From: Amphiscolops sp. MND2022
Taxonomy: Eukaryota
DNA length: 64,000 nt
Assembly (NCBI GenBank): GCA_964187785.1
Contig: OZ076409.1
Coordinates: 74,030,001 to 74,094,000 of the forward strand
Reading direction: 5' to 3'
A program made the translations under genes and the position numbers. Below, in pieces: positions 34,469 to 47,400 of this stretch. The notes beneath the pieces are model-generated. The model was not told the DNA's origin, did not search any database, and worked only from the letters and a program-made list of their open reading frames with translations. The stretch's first letter is position 1. The number at the start of each line of letters is the position of its first letter.

Positions 34469-37400
34469 CTAGGTGGTCAGTGCTGTTGCGTTCATTTTTT
34501 TCCGGCCGTGGGGGAGGGCCCCTCTGAGGCCGGTCATTTTTCAGGTAACAGCTTTCTTATACAAAAAAGCGGGAAAAAACCTCAGTGCTCAAATCCCAAC
34601 CGTCAGAATGAGCTGAAATTTGGCATGTAGCTAGTGCATTGCAAATGATTAGGATGGGTTATAACGCTATGTTTGGCAAAATTGGTTTTGTTGCATTTTT
34701 TTTGTCATATAGGGCCAAAAATGGCCTTTTTTGCGTATTTTTTGCTTGACTAGCTAATAACTCGCGTTGGGTTGGTACTAGCGATACGGGTGTGGGGTAT
34801 GGAATTGAAAGATTACCAAGTACCTTGCTGATGACGTTATTTGATTTCCGCTCACATCACCCCCCACGCCGGAAATGCCCAATTTGTCACTTCCGGTCGC
34901 AATTTTTGACTTTTTTGGATGGAGTTAAAACCCATTTCCGGTGTGAAGGAGTGGGTTGAGCGCTTCGACCCCAATATACTAAAAGTAGGTTTAGACAAAG
35001 TCCTATTAGGAAAAAAGTAATGTAAGCCCGTACCTATCACCCCCTCACCGGAAATAGGGGTCACGCCTCCTTTTTCTGTGTTGCAAAAGTGACATGTGCA
35101 CATTTGTCCAACTCCGAAGCCCCGGAGCACCGTGGGACCCTTATACTTTCTAAACACCTATCCCACACGCTACCGGAAGTGACCGGAAGTTTCACCGGAA
35201 ATGACATCCTTGGACCGGAAATGGTCAAAAAATGACTTTTCAATGCAAAATAGACACATTTGGTGCGATTTTTAGGCAAAAAGCATAGTTCGTGAAACGC
35301 TTGTTGCAGTTGGAAGGGCCATTGTTCAGCAAGAATGCGTACAGCATTACGTAGCACATCAAGTAGTTGATACTTTTTCGTCCATAATATCCTTAGGACC
35401 GGAAATGGCCATTTTTGAATCGGAAACTTCTTCAGCTTGATTTTTTACAGGTTTTTCCGCAATATTAGCGTAGGAATTGCTCGTCGGATGCTGTAGGTCT
35501 ATTTTAAAACTAGCTAACTGCTTCTTAGAAATGTATTTCAGAAGTCCCAACCAATTCCAGAATACCGGAAATAAGAGTAATTGCCTCCTTTATGACCTTT
35601 GAATAATAAATTGTTAAAATCCGCATATTATTTTTTTCCACACTTGTTGCTGAGATTATATCTAAGCAATAACATGTGCTTGTCATGAAATGCTGTAATG
35701 TGGGAGTTACGAATATTGCTATTTAAGAGTATTACATACGTGAATATCCGCCGTAATAAAGATTTTTTAAAACAACCACTTTTGAAGTCCTATAGATTGT
35801 CCGCACACCCGAAACAATTCAAGTTTCTAGTTTCGATTTTAAGGCTTCCGCGACTATTTAGTTGAGATGATAGTTTTCACGTTCTCTGCAAAACGTGCAT
35901 TTCATTGTGTTTTTGACATTTATTGGGCTGTTTCACATTGTAATTCAAAACTAATTGATCATACAATTTGGAACAATTGAAAATTTTCAATTGAACATTA
36001 AATGTTTTAATAGTTTCTCTTTCGTTGAAGATACTATTTTGTGGCCATTAGAACAGGTTGAATTAGTTGAATAAGTAGCCAGTGCGATACATCGTTTAAT
36101 ACATAACGTTTGACATCGGTTTTTTTGCGAACAAAGACAAGCATGATTTGTTGAAAGTTTTTACCATATCGCTTCAAATCGGGTGTGACAAACAAGGAAT
36201 TTCTCGTTTTATGTGCTACTCCGAAAGCAACCTGAAAACGCAAATCGATCTATTGAATTATCGAGATGAAACTAAGCATTTCAAGTCTGGATTTCAATTT
36301 AATTCTATCACTCCGGTCTATTTTTATGTCGCAAGAGTGATAAAGCGTGTTAGCAAGGTTAAACACATCGAACAATTTTAATAATAAAGCATCCGGAAAG
36401 GGAAGAAAAAATGAGTTTTCCTGTCAAAACTATGATAACCACGTACGAAACATCAAGTTTTTGTATTGTTCAATAGTCCAAAACGTGAATGAAGTTTTTA
36501 AATATCCAAGCGTTTCTAATCAAGCATGCGTTTCAAATGTCTGACAGGGCAGCATCGTTCTCAAAAAACATTGCTTTCAATGTGGTTTGATACCAGCAAA
36601 ACGAACGTAGGCACAACCAGATTCTCAAATTTCTTGCAAAACAGCCGATTTCTTTGAAAATCCTAATTGATTTCACAGGGTATATGGTGAAACCCTGTTG
36701 GATTCCAAAAATGAAAAGCTGATTTCTTGGGTTTGCGAGATAAAAGACAACGGGAATCTGAAAGCAAGTCATCTCAATAAAATACCTGTTGCTCTTTAAA
36801 CAAATGGACTTTAGTAGTCGAAATTTTTTCTCAGACACTTTCGATCAGAGAATGTTTGAGTCCTAACGTTCGAATCAGGTTGGTTTCAGGTGGCTCGAAG
36901 TGCCAGCTGAACCAACCTTTCAAATAAAGAAAAACCCCACATCTCCCTTCATGCCACGCTACCCCGTATAGCGTTTCAACTTGACAGAAGTTGGAGGGTT
37001 TGATTTTGGCGTCGCTTGGGATTGACACACCAGTGTTGATACTAAATTTGGCAAAGAGAAATCGCAGAAATGATTGTTTCTTTTTTTTCCCTTTGATTTA
37101 GTTTGTCGAGCGTACAAAGCAGTTTGGGAAACTAACTTGCATTTCCACTGAACGAAAAAAAGTAGTAGCTTTGCAAACTCCTGGAAGAAATTGAATCAGG
37201 TTTTCCTATTTGTGAGATCAGCTGTCACTCAATTATCAATTACTTTTTTAAAAATTTTTAGGAACAACTAACCTAACTCTGCTCGACTCTCTTGAATAAT
37301 GCAACAATCGTTTACTGATCTGTACTCGTGAGAAAAAAATCAACTGCAGGTCCAAAAACAATCTATATATCTTTGGTTTATTCCGTGCAAAGCTTTTTTT

Positions 37401-37540
37401 CACACCATGTGACTCAACTATAACATGTATGTAATGAAACCAATAACACCTTCAACTATCAACGCCCACCGTCTGTAGGCATGCCGAGGCATGCCTTTCG
37501 ACGACGCGCGCCGAATACAAATTAACGGCGCCACCCGCTT
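34469..37540 (+). mobile_element. 3072-bp cassette (type J) carrying ~1.9 kb of sequence not repeated in the window
   Basis: Standard left motifs and a terminal hairpin variant AGGCATGCC-GA-GGCATGCCT (37477-37496). The interior, ~35570-37440, has no visible match elsewhere. Confidence 0.75.
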
Positions 37541-40500
37541 CTGGGTGGAGGTTATTATATATCAATTAAAGTGTTTTTTTCCGGAGTTTGTGGCTTTGGA
37601 AAAAACAAAAGGCGAGAAATTGGGCACTCCAGGCTGAACCTAAAAACACCCTAAAATTGGCCCGATTTTTTTACGATCTCGAAACCCAGCCGTACGATTT
37701 GGCTGAAAATTTGCATGTGGCTCCTAATCAATGAGTAATGAAAAAGTGTAGGAGTGACTTTTCCTGAAAAAATTGTTTTTGTTGCACTTTTTGCGCAATT
37801 TTTGACCGATTGTTGCGTTTTTTATGTCACTTTTGACTTTTCAGGCCAAAAACTCATAGATGCTTTGATCATAGCGCATCAAGTGTTTCGACCAAAAAGT
37901 TGCAGCATGTTCTTTTACGTATGTTGGGAAATTTTGGTTGCCATCGTATCACCCCCCACTGAGATAGAGGGTAACTTCCGGTGGATTTTACCACCCTAAA
38001 AACGAGGACCTCCTAAATTTCAGCATGAAGCGGTAGTTTTAGCGTTCTCATACCCTGCTGAAGTTTTGTTGGGCATATTGAGATATACCTGATACCATGT
38101 GTTCAGTTCACCCCCCATCACCCCCTGGACCGGAAATGAACTTTTTTGTGCACTTTCATACCGGAAGTCTCCAATTAAGCCGTTAAGCAGTCCTTGTACG
38201 AGCAACTACCAGGACATCAAAATTGAAGTACCACCTGAGGTCAACTTAATGACTACGTGCTGTCCAGTCCGGGGGTCCGCTATGACCGGAAATGGGGTCA
38301 AAACCCCCCTTTTTGGTTGTTTTTTACCAATTCGACTAGTGTTTGGTCCACATTCAAGTCACATAAGTCAATTGAACAAGTGTGAGAATAAACTGTATGT
38401 TCACTGCGTAGATGTAACTGACACTGACAGATACCGGAAGTAACCCCCCGTAACCGGAAGTTGTCATTTTTGACCGGAAATGGTCCAAAATGTAGCGTAA
38501 AATCAGTTTTTCACTGCTTTTTGAAGTCAACTCAATACATTTTCAATCTTGGCGATCTTGTATTCAGGTTCGTTTTTGTTACCTGTGCACTTTGCAACAA
38601 ATATACATCTGTAAAGTTTTCTCCATAATATCGTCGGATAGAGAAATAACGTGTTTTTGGGACTTTTTTCAAAAATTTTAGACTATATCTGTCTTTTTTA
38701 CCCAAAGTTATTCAACAGTACAACCACAGTGGTTAGACTCTGTCCAAATATATGTCAAACAAAACTATTTGGCCCATTGGCCTCAGTTTGAGCGTTCCAG
38801 CTTTGCGTGGTCATAAGCTATGGAACTTGAAAAAAAGTCAAACTTTTTTCAAAAAAAATTTCTCACATTCATGTCTCCCAAAGTGAAGAGACTTCCACAC
38901 AACTAGGATTGCAAGTGGATGCCTGTGGCAAGCCGTATAATTAAAGAGAAAAATGCCGCAAAGAACCTCTTTATATCGTAACTTGACGTTAACGTATGGT
39001 AATTTGAATGAGAGCTTGATAAGAGGTCGAGAAGTCAAAGTGTGTAAATGGAACGTATGTCTCGTCGAAAACTCATAAGAATACATGCTGTGAACACCAA
39101 TTATCATCAATTGCAGTTGTCTAGTGTAACAACGTCTTTCAGGGACATTTTAACCATTTTCATAAGTGCCAGATGTTTTTTTAAATTCAATTAGCGAGAA
39201 ACACTTGAGTACATTCTCATCTCTCCCCAGCGGGTGAGATGAGAATGTTCTTGCTAAAAGCCAGGTACTACGGCCCACTATTGTTTTAATGCGACGCATT
39301 CTGTGCTGAAGCACATAGATATTTTTATTTCGTCTGACTTCTCGTATACACTCTGACTTGTTATTGTAAATTTCTCGTCATTACTTTACATAAACTTACT
39401 ACGATACAACATTGACGTCAACTCCACATACATTTAGACGCCCACCTTTCCGTAGGTATGCCGAGGCATGCCTTTCGACGACGTGTGTCAAAGCGCAAAC
39501 GCGATAAAAAGTGCTGAAATTCTGAAACAGTGACAAACAATTTTGATTATTTGACATATGGTAGGTTTTTATATGAAACGTACACTTCACTGACATTTCA
39601 CAACATTCCAGCTGACGCCCACATACCAATGTCAACGCCCACCGTCCGTGGGCATGCCGAGGCATGCCCTTCGACGACGTATGCCAATTTTGTATATCTA
39701 CACCCAATTGCGGTAGCAGCTAGGTGCCGGTGTTTTTTTACACAATGGGGGAAGTTGCGCGGTTGGGGAGGGTCCCTGACGCGCTTCCGTGGTATCGGGT
39801 CTTTCAACCGATGAAAACGACATAAAAAATTGGGATCTCGAAAACTAGCCATACGATTTGGCTGAAATTTGGCACACGTACCCCCCTTGGCACGGTGAAG
39901 ATGATTCCCTACTGACGTTTTGCTCGCTAAACATTTTTTGTTGACCAAAATAACGGTTTTTGGGGTAAAATTTTCGACTTTTTTTAAATTTCATCTTATA
40001 TCTCGCCACGGGTTCACGCTAGCGCTTCCAAACCTTGCTGACGAAAGTTTGCAAACTGTCTCAGGAATGCTGTGTGAAATTTTCAGCTCAATCGGACTTA
40101 AACTCGGGGAGATATAGCGTTTTTCCGGAGCGGGGGGGTTTCATTTTTCTAACGGTCCAGCTTATCTTTGCCAATTTTTCGAAAATGCACTCGCCTAAAG
40201 GCCTCCCCTGGCCGGTTTTATTCCCAGCAAAACCATTTGGCCCTAAATACGGAGTTTCAGCGTTCTAGCATTCCCGGGCGAAAAGTTGTGGGACTTAGAA
40301 AATTTCAAAAATTTTCAAAAATTTTTTTTTCCGTTATTTGTGCCCCCAAAGTGGGGGAAAGCACCCTCCAACCAGTAAAGCAAGTGAATGCATGTGCAAA
40401 GCCCTTGTTTAGAGGAGAAAAATGCCGTTTGGAACGTCTTTTTATCTTGGCTCAACGTTGACTTATGACGTTTTGAAGGTGATGTTTGGAGGTGTAAAGC

Positions 40501-43500
40501 ACGTGAATAGTAAACGTTATGAGTATTTATCTGATCTGAAAGCCATTGAGATGCAATATGGTTTGCTCAAAACGTAATTCATGGCAGTTTGGCAATCAAT
40601 CAACACCCTTTGTTGTCGTTTGACATACTTTTTTGTTGTTATAATAAAAAATTTTGTGTATTTATTCATTTTTTTTCTCATCAAATAACTTGAAACAGTT
40701 GAGTACATTCCATCCCCCCCCTTCCGGGGGAGATGAGAATGTACTCGCAAAAAGCACCGAACTACGGCCCTTACCTTCCCGAGCTACGCAGTATAAGGAT
40801 TACATATTGGTTCCGACCTTTTCATAGAGTTATATCTTGGTAATCTGTCTGGATATGCCGAAAAATCAGCACGTGCCTTTTAATACCAAGTTGCTCACAA
40901 CGACAATTATTTTATATCAACGCCCCCATATTTATCAACGTCCCCCGTCTGTGGGCATGCCGAGGCATGCCCTTCGACGACGTATACCAAGATATGCGTT
41001 AACGCGTTAGCCTAGGTGCCGGTGTTTTTTTACACAATGGGGGAAGTTGCGCGGTTGGGGAGGGTCCCTGACGCGCTCCCGGGATTTCGGATTTTTTAAC
41101 CTTTACGTACCCATCAAAAATTTTGGGATCTCGAAAACTAGCCGTACGATTTGGCTGAAATTTGGCACACGTACCCCCCTCGGCACGGTGAAGATGATTC
41201 CCTACTGACGTTTTTCCCGCTAAACATTTTTTGTTGACCAAAATAACGGTTTTTGGGGTAAAATTTTCAACTTTTTTTGAATTTCATCTCATATCTCGCC
41301 ACGGGTACACGCTAGCGCTTCCAAACCTTGCTGACGAAAGTTTGCAAACTGTCTCAGGAATGCGGTGTGAAATTTTCAGCTCAATCGGACTTAAACTCGG
41401 GGAGATATAGCGTTTTTCCGGAGCGGGGGGGTTTCATTTTTCTAACGGTCCAGCTTATCTTTGCCATTTTTTCGAAAATGCACTCGCCTAAAGGCCTCCC
41501 CTGGCCGGTTTTATTCCCAGCAAAACCATTTGACCCTAAATACGGAGTTTCAGCGTTCCAGCATTCCCGGGCGAAAAGTTGTGGGACTTAGAAAATTTCA
41601 AAAATTTTCAAAAAAATTTTTTTCCGTTAATTGGGCCCTCAAAGTGGGGGAAAAGACCCCCCAACCAGTAAAGCAAGTGAATGCATGTGGAAAGCCCTTG
41701 TTTAGACGAGAAAAATGCCGTTTAGAACGTCTTTTTATCTTAACTTGACATTGACTTTTGTCGTTTTGAAGGTGACCGTTAGATACGGAAAATTGATGTT
41801 TTGAGTATTTATCCCATCTGAAAGCCATTGAGATACAACATGTTTTGCTCAAAACGTGTTTCATTGCAGTTTCGCTGTCCATTATCACCCTTTGGTGTCT
41901 TTTCACGTAATTTTCGTTTCTATAATAACAATTTTTTTGTGTATTTATTCATTTTTTTCTCATCAAATAACTTGAAACAGTTGAGTACATTCCATCTCCC
42001 TTCCCGGGGGAGATGAGAATGTACTCGCTAAAGGTCAGGAACTACGGTTTATATCTTCCACAACACAAAAGGGATTGCAAATGGTTTCAGTTTGTCGCAG
42101 AAAACTTCTTTTTGCCCTCTGTGACTCGACAAAATGAACGTTTCTTACTTACTTTGAAACTCAGCATACCACAACTCATCTCTAACGTCAGCGCCCCCCT
42201 ACTTGCATCAACGCCCACCGTCCGTGGGCATGCCGAGGCATGCCCTTCGACGACGTATACCAAGATATACCTGGAGCGCGGTAGCCGCTAGGTGCCGGGA
42301 TTTCTATTCGTTCGAGTATGTGGCGCGTGTGGGTAGGGCCCCTGGCGCGCTCTTGTGTTTGGGGGTTTCCTACTTCTAAATCACGTTCAGATTTCCGGGA
42401 TCTCGTAAACTATCCATACGATTTGGCTGAAATTTGGCACACGTACCCCCCTCGGCACGGTGAAGATGATTTCCTACTGACGTTTTTCCCGCTAAACATT
42501 TTTTGTTGACCAAAATAACGGTTTTTGGTGGAAAATTTTTGATTTTTTTTAAATTTTATCTTATATCTCGCCACGGGTCCACGCTAGCGCTTCCAAACCT
42601 TGCTGACGAAACCTCGCAAACTGTCTCAGGAATGCTGTGTGAAATTTTCAGCTCAATCGGACTTAAACTCGGGGAGATATAGCGTTTTTCCGGAGCGGGG
42701 GGGTTTCATTTTTCTAACGGTCCAGCTTATCTTTGCCATTTTTTCGAAAATGCACTCGCCTAAAGGCCTCCCCTGGCCGGTTTTACTCCCAAAAAAACCA
42801 TTTGGCCCTAAATACGGAGTTTCAGCGTTCTAGCATTCCGGGGCGAAAAGTTGTGGTACTTAGTAAATTTCAAAAATTTTCAAAAATTTTTTTTTCGTTA
42901 TTTGGGCCCCCAAAGTGGGGGAAAAGACCCCCCAACCAGTAATTTGAGTGAATTCATGTGGAAAGGCCATGTTTAGCGGCGAAAAATGCTTTTTAGATCG
43001 TCTTTTTATTTTAACCTGTTGTTGACTTATGTTGTTTTGAAGGTGATGTTTGGATGTGTGAAGCATGTGAAAAGGTAATTTTTTGTGTCTTTATCTCTTC
43101 TAAAAGCCATTGAGATGCAATCTGTTTTGCTCAAAACGTAATTCAATGCAATTTGGCAGTCAATGAACACAATTTGGTGTCTTTTGTTATATTTTTCTGT
43201 TGATATAATAAAAAATTTTGTGTCTTTATTAATTTTTTTAAATAAAATAACTTGAAACAGTTGAGTACATTCCATCCCCCCCTTCCGGGGGAGATGGAAA
43301 TGTACTCGCTAAAAGCCGCGAACAAGAGCCCATACCTTCCTGCGCTACGCAGTATAAAGATTGCATGTTGGTTCCGACTTTTTGGTAGTGTTATATCTTG
43401 GTAATTTGACTGAATATGGAGAAAAATCAGCAAGTGCTCTTTTATAGCAAATTGCTGACAACGACAATTTTTTTATATCAACGCCCCCATATTTATCAAC

Positions 43501-46132
43501 GCCCCCCGTCCGTGGGCATGCCGAGGCATGCCCTTCGACGACGTATACCAAGATATACTCCCGAGCGCGGTAGCCGCTAGGTGCCGGGATTTCTATTCGA
43601 TAAAGTATGTGGCGCGTGTGGGTAGGGTCCCTGGCGCGCTCTTGGGTATGGTGTTCACCAGCTAGGAAATAGGGGTCGATTTTTCGGGATCTCCTAAACT
43701 AGCCACACGATTTGGCTGAAATTTGGCACACGTACCCCCCTCGGCACGGTGAAGATGATTTCCTACTGACGTTTTTCCCGCAAAATTTTTTTTGTTGTCC
43801 AAAATAACGGTTTTTGGGGTAAAATTTTGAATTTTTTTTAAATTTTATCTTATATCTCGCCACCGGTTTACGCTAGCGCTTCAAACCCCTGCTAAAGAAA
43901 GCTTGCAAACTGTCTCAGGAATGCGGTGTGAAATTTTCAGCTCAATCGGACTTAAACTCGGGGAGATATAGCGTTTTTCCGGAGCGGGGGGGTTTCATTT
44001 TTCTAACGGTCCAGCTTATCTTTGCCATTTTTTCGAAAATGCACTCGCCTAAAGGCCTCCCCTGGCCGGTTTTATTCCCAGCAAAACCATTTGGCCCTAA
44101 ATACGGAGTTTCAGCGTTCCAGCATTCCCGGGCAAAAAGTTGTGGGACTTAGAAAAGTTCAAAAATTTTCAAAAAAAATTTTTTTCCGTTTTCCGCCCTC
44201 CCCCCTAGGGGAAAAGACCCCCCAACCAGTAATTTGAGTGAATTCATGTGGAAAGGCCATGTTTAGAGGAGAAAAATGCCGTTTAGAACGTCTTTTTATC
44301 TTGGCTCAACGTTGACTTATGACGTTTTGAAGGTGATGTTTGGAGGTGTAAAGCACGTGAATAGTAAACGTTATGAGTATTTATCTGATCTGAAAGCCAT
44401 TGAGATGCAATATGGTTTGCTCAAAACGTAATTCATGGCAGTTTGGCAATCAATCAACACCCTTTGTTGTCGTTTGACATATTTTTTTGTTGTTATAATA
44501 AAAAATTTTGTGTATTTATTCATTTTTTTCTCATCAAATAACTTGAAACAGTTGAGTACATTCCATCCCCCCCTTCCGGGGGAGATGAGAATGTACTCGC
44601 AAAAAGCACCGAACTACGGCCCTTACCTTCCCGAGCTACGCAGTATAAGGATTACATATTGGTTCCGACATTTTCATAGAGTTAAATCTTGGTAATCTGT
44701 CTGGATATGCAGAAAAATCAGCACGTGCCTTTTAATACCAAGTTGCTTACAACGACAATTATTTTATATCAACGCCCCCATATTTATCAACGCCCCCCGT
44801 CCGTGGGCATGCCGAGGCATGCCCTTCGACGACGTATACCAAGATATGCGTTAACGCGTTAGCCTAGGTGCCGGGATTACTATTCGATAAGGAATTTTGC
44901 GCGGTTGGGTAGGGCCCCGTGAGCGCGCCAGGGGATAGTGTTAGAACAACAAGGATTTGGGCATCAGTTGGGAGCGATTTTCTAAACTATCCGTACGATT
45001 TTGCTGAAATTTGGCACGAAGCTTCCTTGGAACATTCTAAGAACAAATCCCTACTGGCGTTTTGCTGGGAAAAATCAAAAAGTTGGTCAAAAATGCGATT
45101 TTCCGACAAAATTTTGGGGTAAAATTTTTTTGAAACGTTATATCTTGCCACAGGGTCACGCTAGCGCCTCGCAACCTATGATCGTGTTTTGTTGGGCGTT
45201 GTCTGTAGAACACGTATGCCAAATTTGGTGGCGATCGGACTTAAACTCAGGGAGATATAGCGATTTTTTAGGTGCATTTTTTGACATTTTTTGCATTTGC
45301 CGATTTATCTCTGCCGTTTTTGCCCAAATTTTTTTTGAGACACTCTCCTAAAGACCTCCCCTGGCCGGTTTACCTCCCAGAAAAACCATTTGGCCCTAAA
45401 TACGAAGTTTCAGCGTTCTAGCATTCCCGGGCAAAAAGTTGTGGGACTTAGAATAGTTTTTATGGTAACGCAAAATGTGTAAAGTCAACTTCAGGCCTCC
45501 CAAAGTCAAAGAACTTCCACACAACTAGGATTGCAAGTGGGTGCATGTGGAAAGTACTCGGATAGACGAGAAAAATGAGCTATAGAACGACTCTGTAGCT
45601 TAACCTGACGTTGACTTATGACAATTTTAGTGTGAGCTTGCTATTTGGTGTAAAAATTCAAATGATGAAAATCGAAGCTAAGTCTCATCCAAAACTCATC
45701 GGAATACGTTCAATGCACCCCAAAGCGGATTAATTCGAGATGTTTAGTGCAGCAACACCATTCAAGACCATTTGACCCATTTTTATAAGTTTTGACAACG
45801 TATTATTCATACGAGAGCACGAAACAGTTGAGTACATTCCATCTCCCTTTCGGGGGAGATGAGAATGTACTCGCTAAAGTCCAGGTACTACAGCCCATAT
45901 TTGCTTTTATGCGACGCTCTTATGCTAGTGCGCATACTTTTTAATCGTTTAACTGAATTTTCTTCTGTCTGCACTTTGACTTTGACTTGACATATAGTGA
46001 ACGTTTTGTCTTACAACTTACAAATGAGTAACGTCAACGCCCCATCCTTGCATCAACGCCCACCGTCCGTGGGCATGCCGAGGCATGCCCTTCGACGACG
46101 TATGCCAAGATATATCCCAAGCGCGGTAGCAG

Positions 46133-47400
46133 CTAGGTGGCCGTGTCTTTTCGACGTGCTTTTGCATCGAGGAGTGGGTAGGGCCCCGCGACGACCTAGA
46201 AGAATTGGATGCTCACCGAAACGTGCAGAATTCTACGAGATCTCATAGTTTGAGCCATACGATTTTTCTGAAATTTGGCATGTGGCCTGGAATTGGTGAG
46301 TAGGTAAAACGTGTAGGAGGTGATTTTTCCCAAATTCCACTGTGAGACGAGATATGGGCAAATAACGGTCCCAAAAATGGCAAAAATGCACTTTTTTCAA
46401 CTTTGTCAGCCCATATCTCGTTCCCAGGTGCCCGGAGCGGGACGCGTTAAGCTGATTATAAACTCTAGGGTGTTGAGGCTGTACGGTGAACTTGGGCCCG
46501 TTCCGATCGGACTTGTAGTCTTGGAGAAATAACGGTATTTTTGGGGAACCTTTTCTAACGGTCCAGCTTATCTTTGCCATTTTTTCGAAAATGTACTCGC
46601 CTAAAGGCCTCCCCCTGGCCGAATTTACTCCCAGCAAAACCATTTGGCCCTAAATACGGAGTTTCAGCGTTCCAGCATTCCCGGGCGAAAAGTTCTGGGA
46701 CTTGGAAAATTTTCAAAAATTTTCAAAATTTTTTTTTTCGTTTTCCGGGCCCCCAATGAAGGGGAAACGACCCCCCAACCAGTATTTTGAGTTAATTCAT
46801 GTGGAAAGCCCTTGTTTTGACGAGAAAAATACCGTTTAGAACATCTTTTTATCTTGACTCAACGTTGACTTATGACGTTTTGAATGTGATGTAAGGATGT
46901 AGGAGGCATGTGATAAGTTGATGTTTTGAGTCTTTATCTCATATGAAAGCGGTTGAGATGCAAGCTGTCCTGCTCAAAACGTCTTTCGTTGTAATTTTCC
47001 AGTGCACCAATACCCTTTGGTGTCATATAAACATACTTTTTGTCGATATATTAACAATTTTAATGTATTTATTCCAATTTTTATTATCTTATAACTCAAA
47101 ACAGTTGAGTACATTTCATCTCCCTTTCGGGGGAGATGAGAATGTACTCGCTAAAGACCTAGCGCCATGACCAAAAGTTTGAAACCTACGTTTTTTATCT
47201 TCTTACAGACTTGTTTTTGTATTTTTTCGGAATTTTTTAAAAATTAATATACTTGAAATACATTACTTGACTTTACTACTACAACCCACCTCCAACGACA
47301 ACGCCCCCCTGCTTGCATCAACGCCCACCGTCCGTGGGCATGCCGAGGCATGCCCTTCGACGACGTATGCCAAATGCCCAGTGCCACGCAGTCATTATCG
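46133..47400 (+). mobile_element. Cassette type K; near-identical copy at 49969-51235
   Basis: The copies share a start (GCCGTGTCTTTTCGACGTGC) and an end (GCCACGCAGTCATTATCG). Lengths are 1268 and 1267 bp. Confidence 0.8.

Noticed and set aside
36500..36600. Tyrosine-recombinase remnant suggested by a minus-strand CCPVRHL peptide
   Set aside because: It is a single short motif among stop codons, with no catalytic R..HxxR..Y pattern visible.
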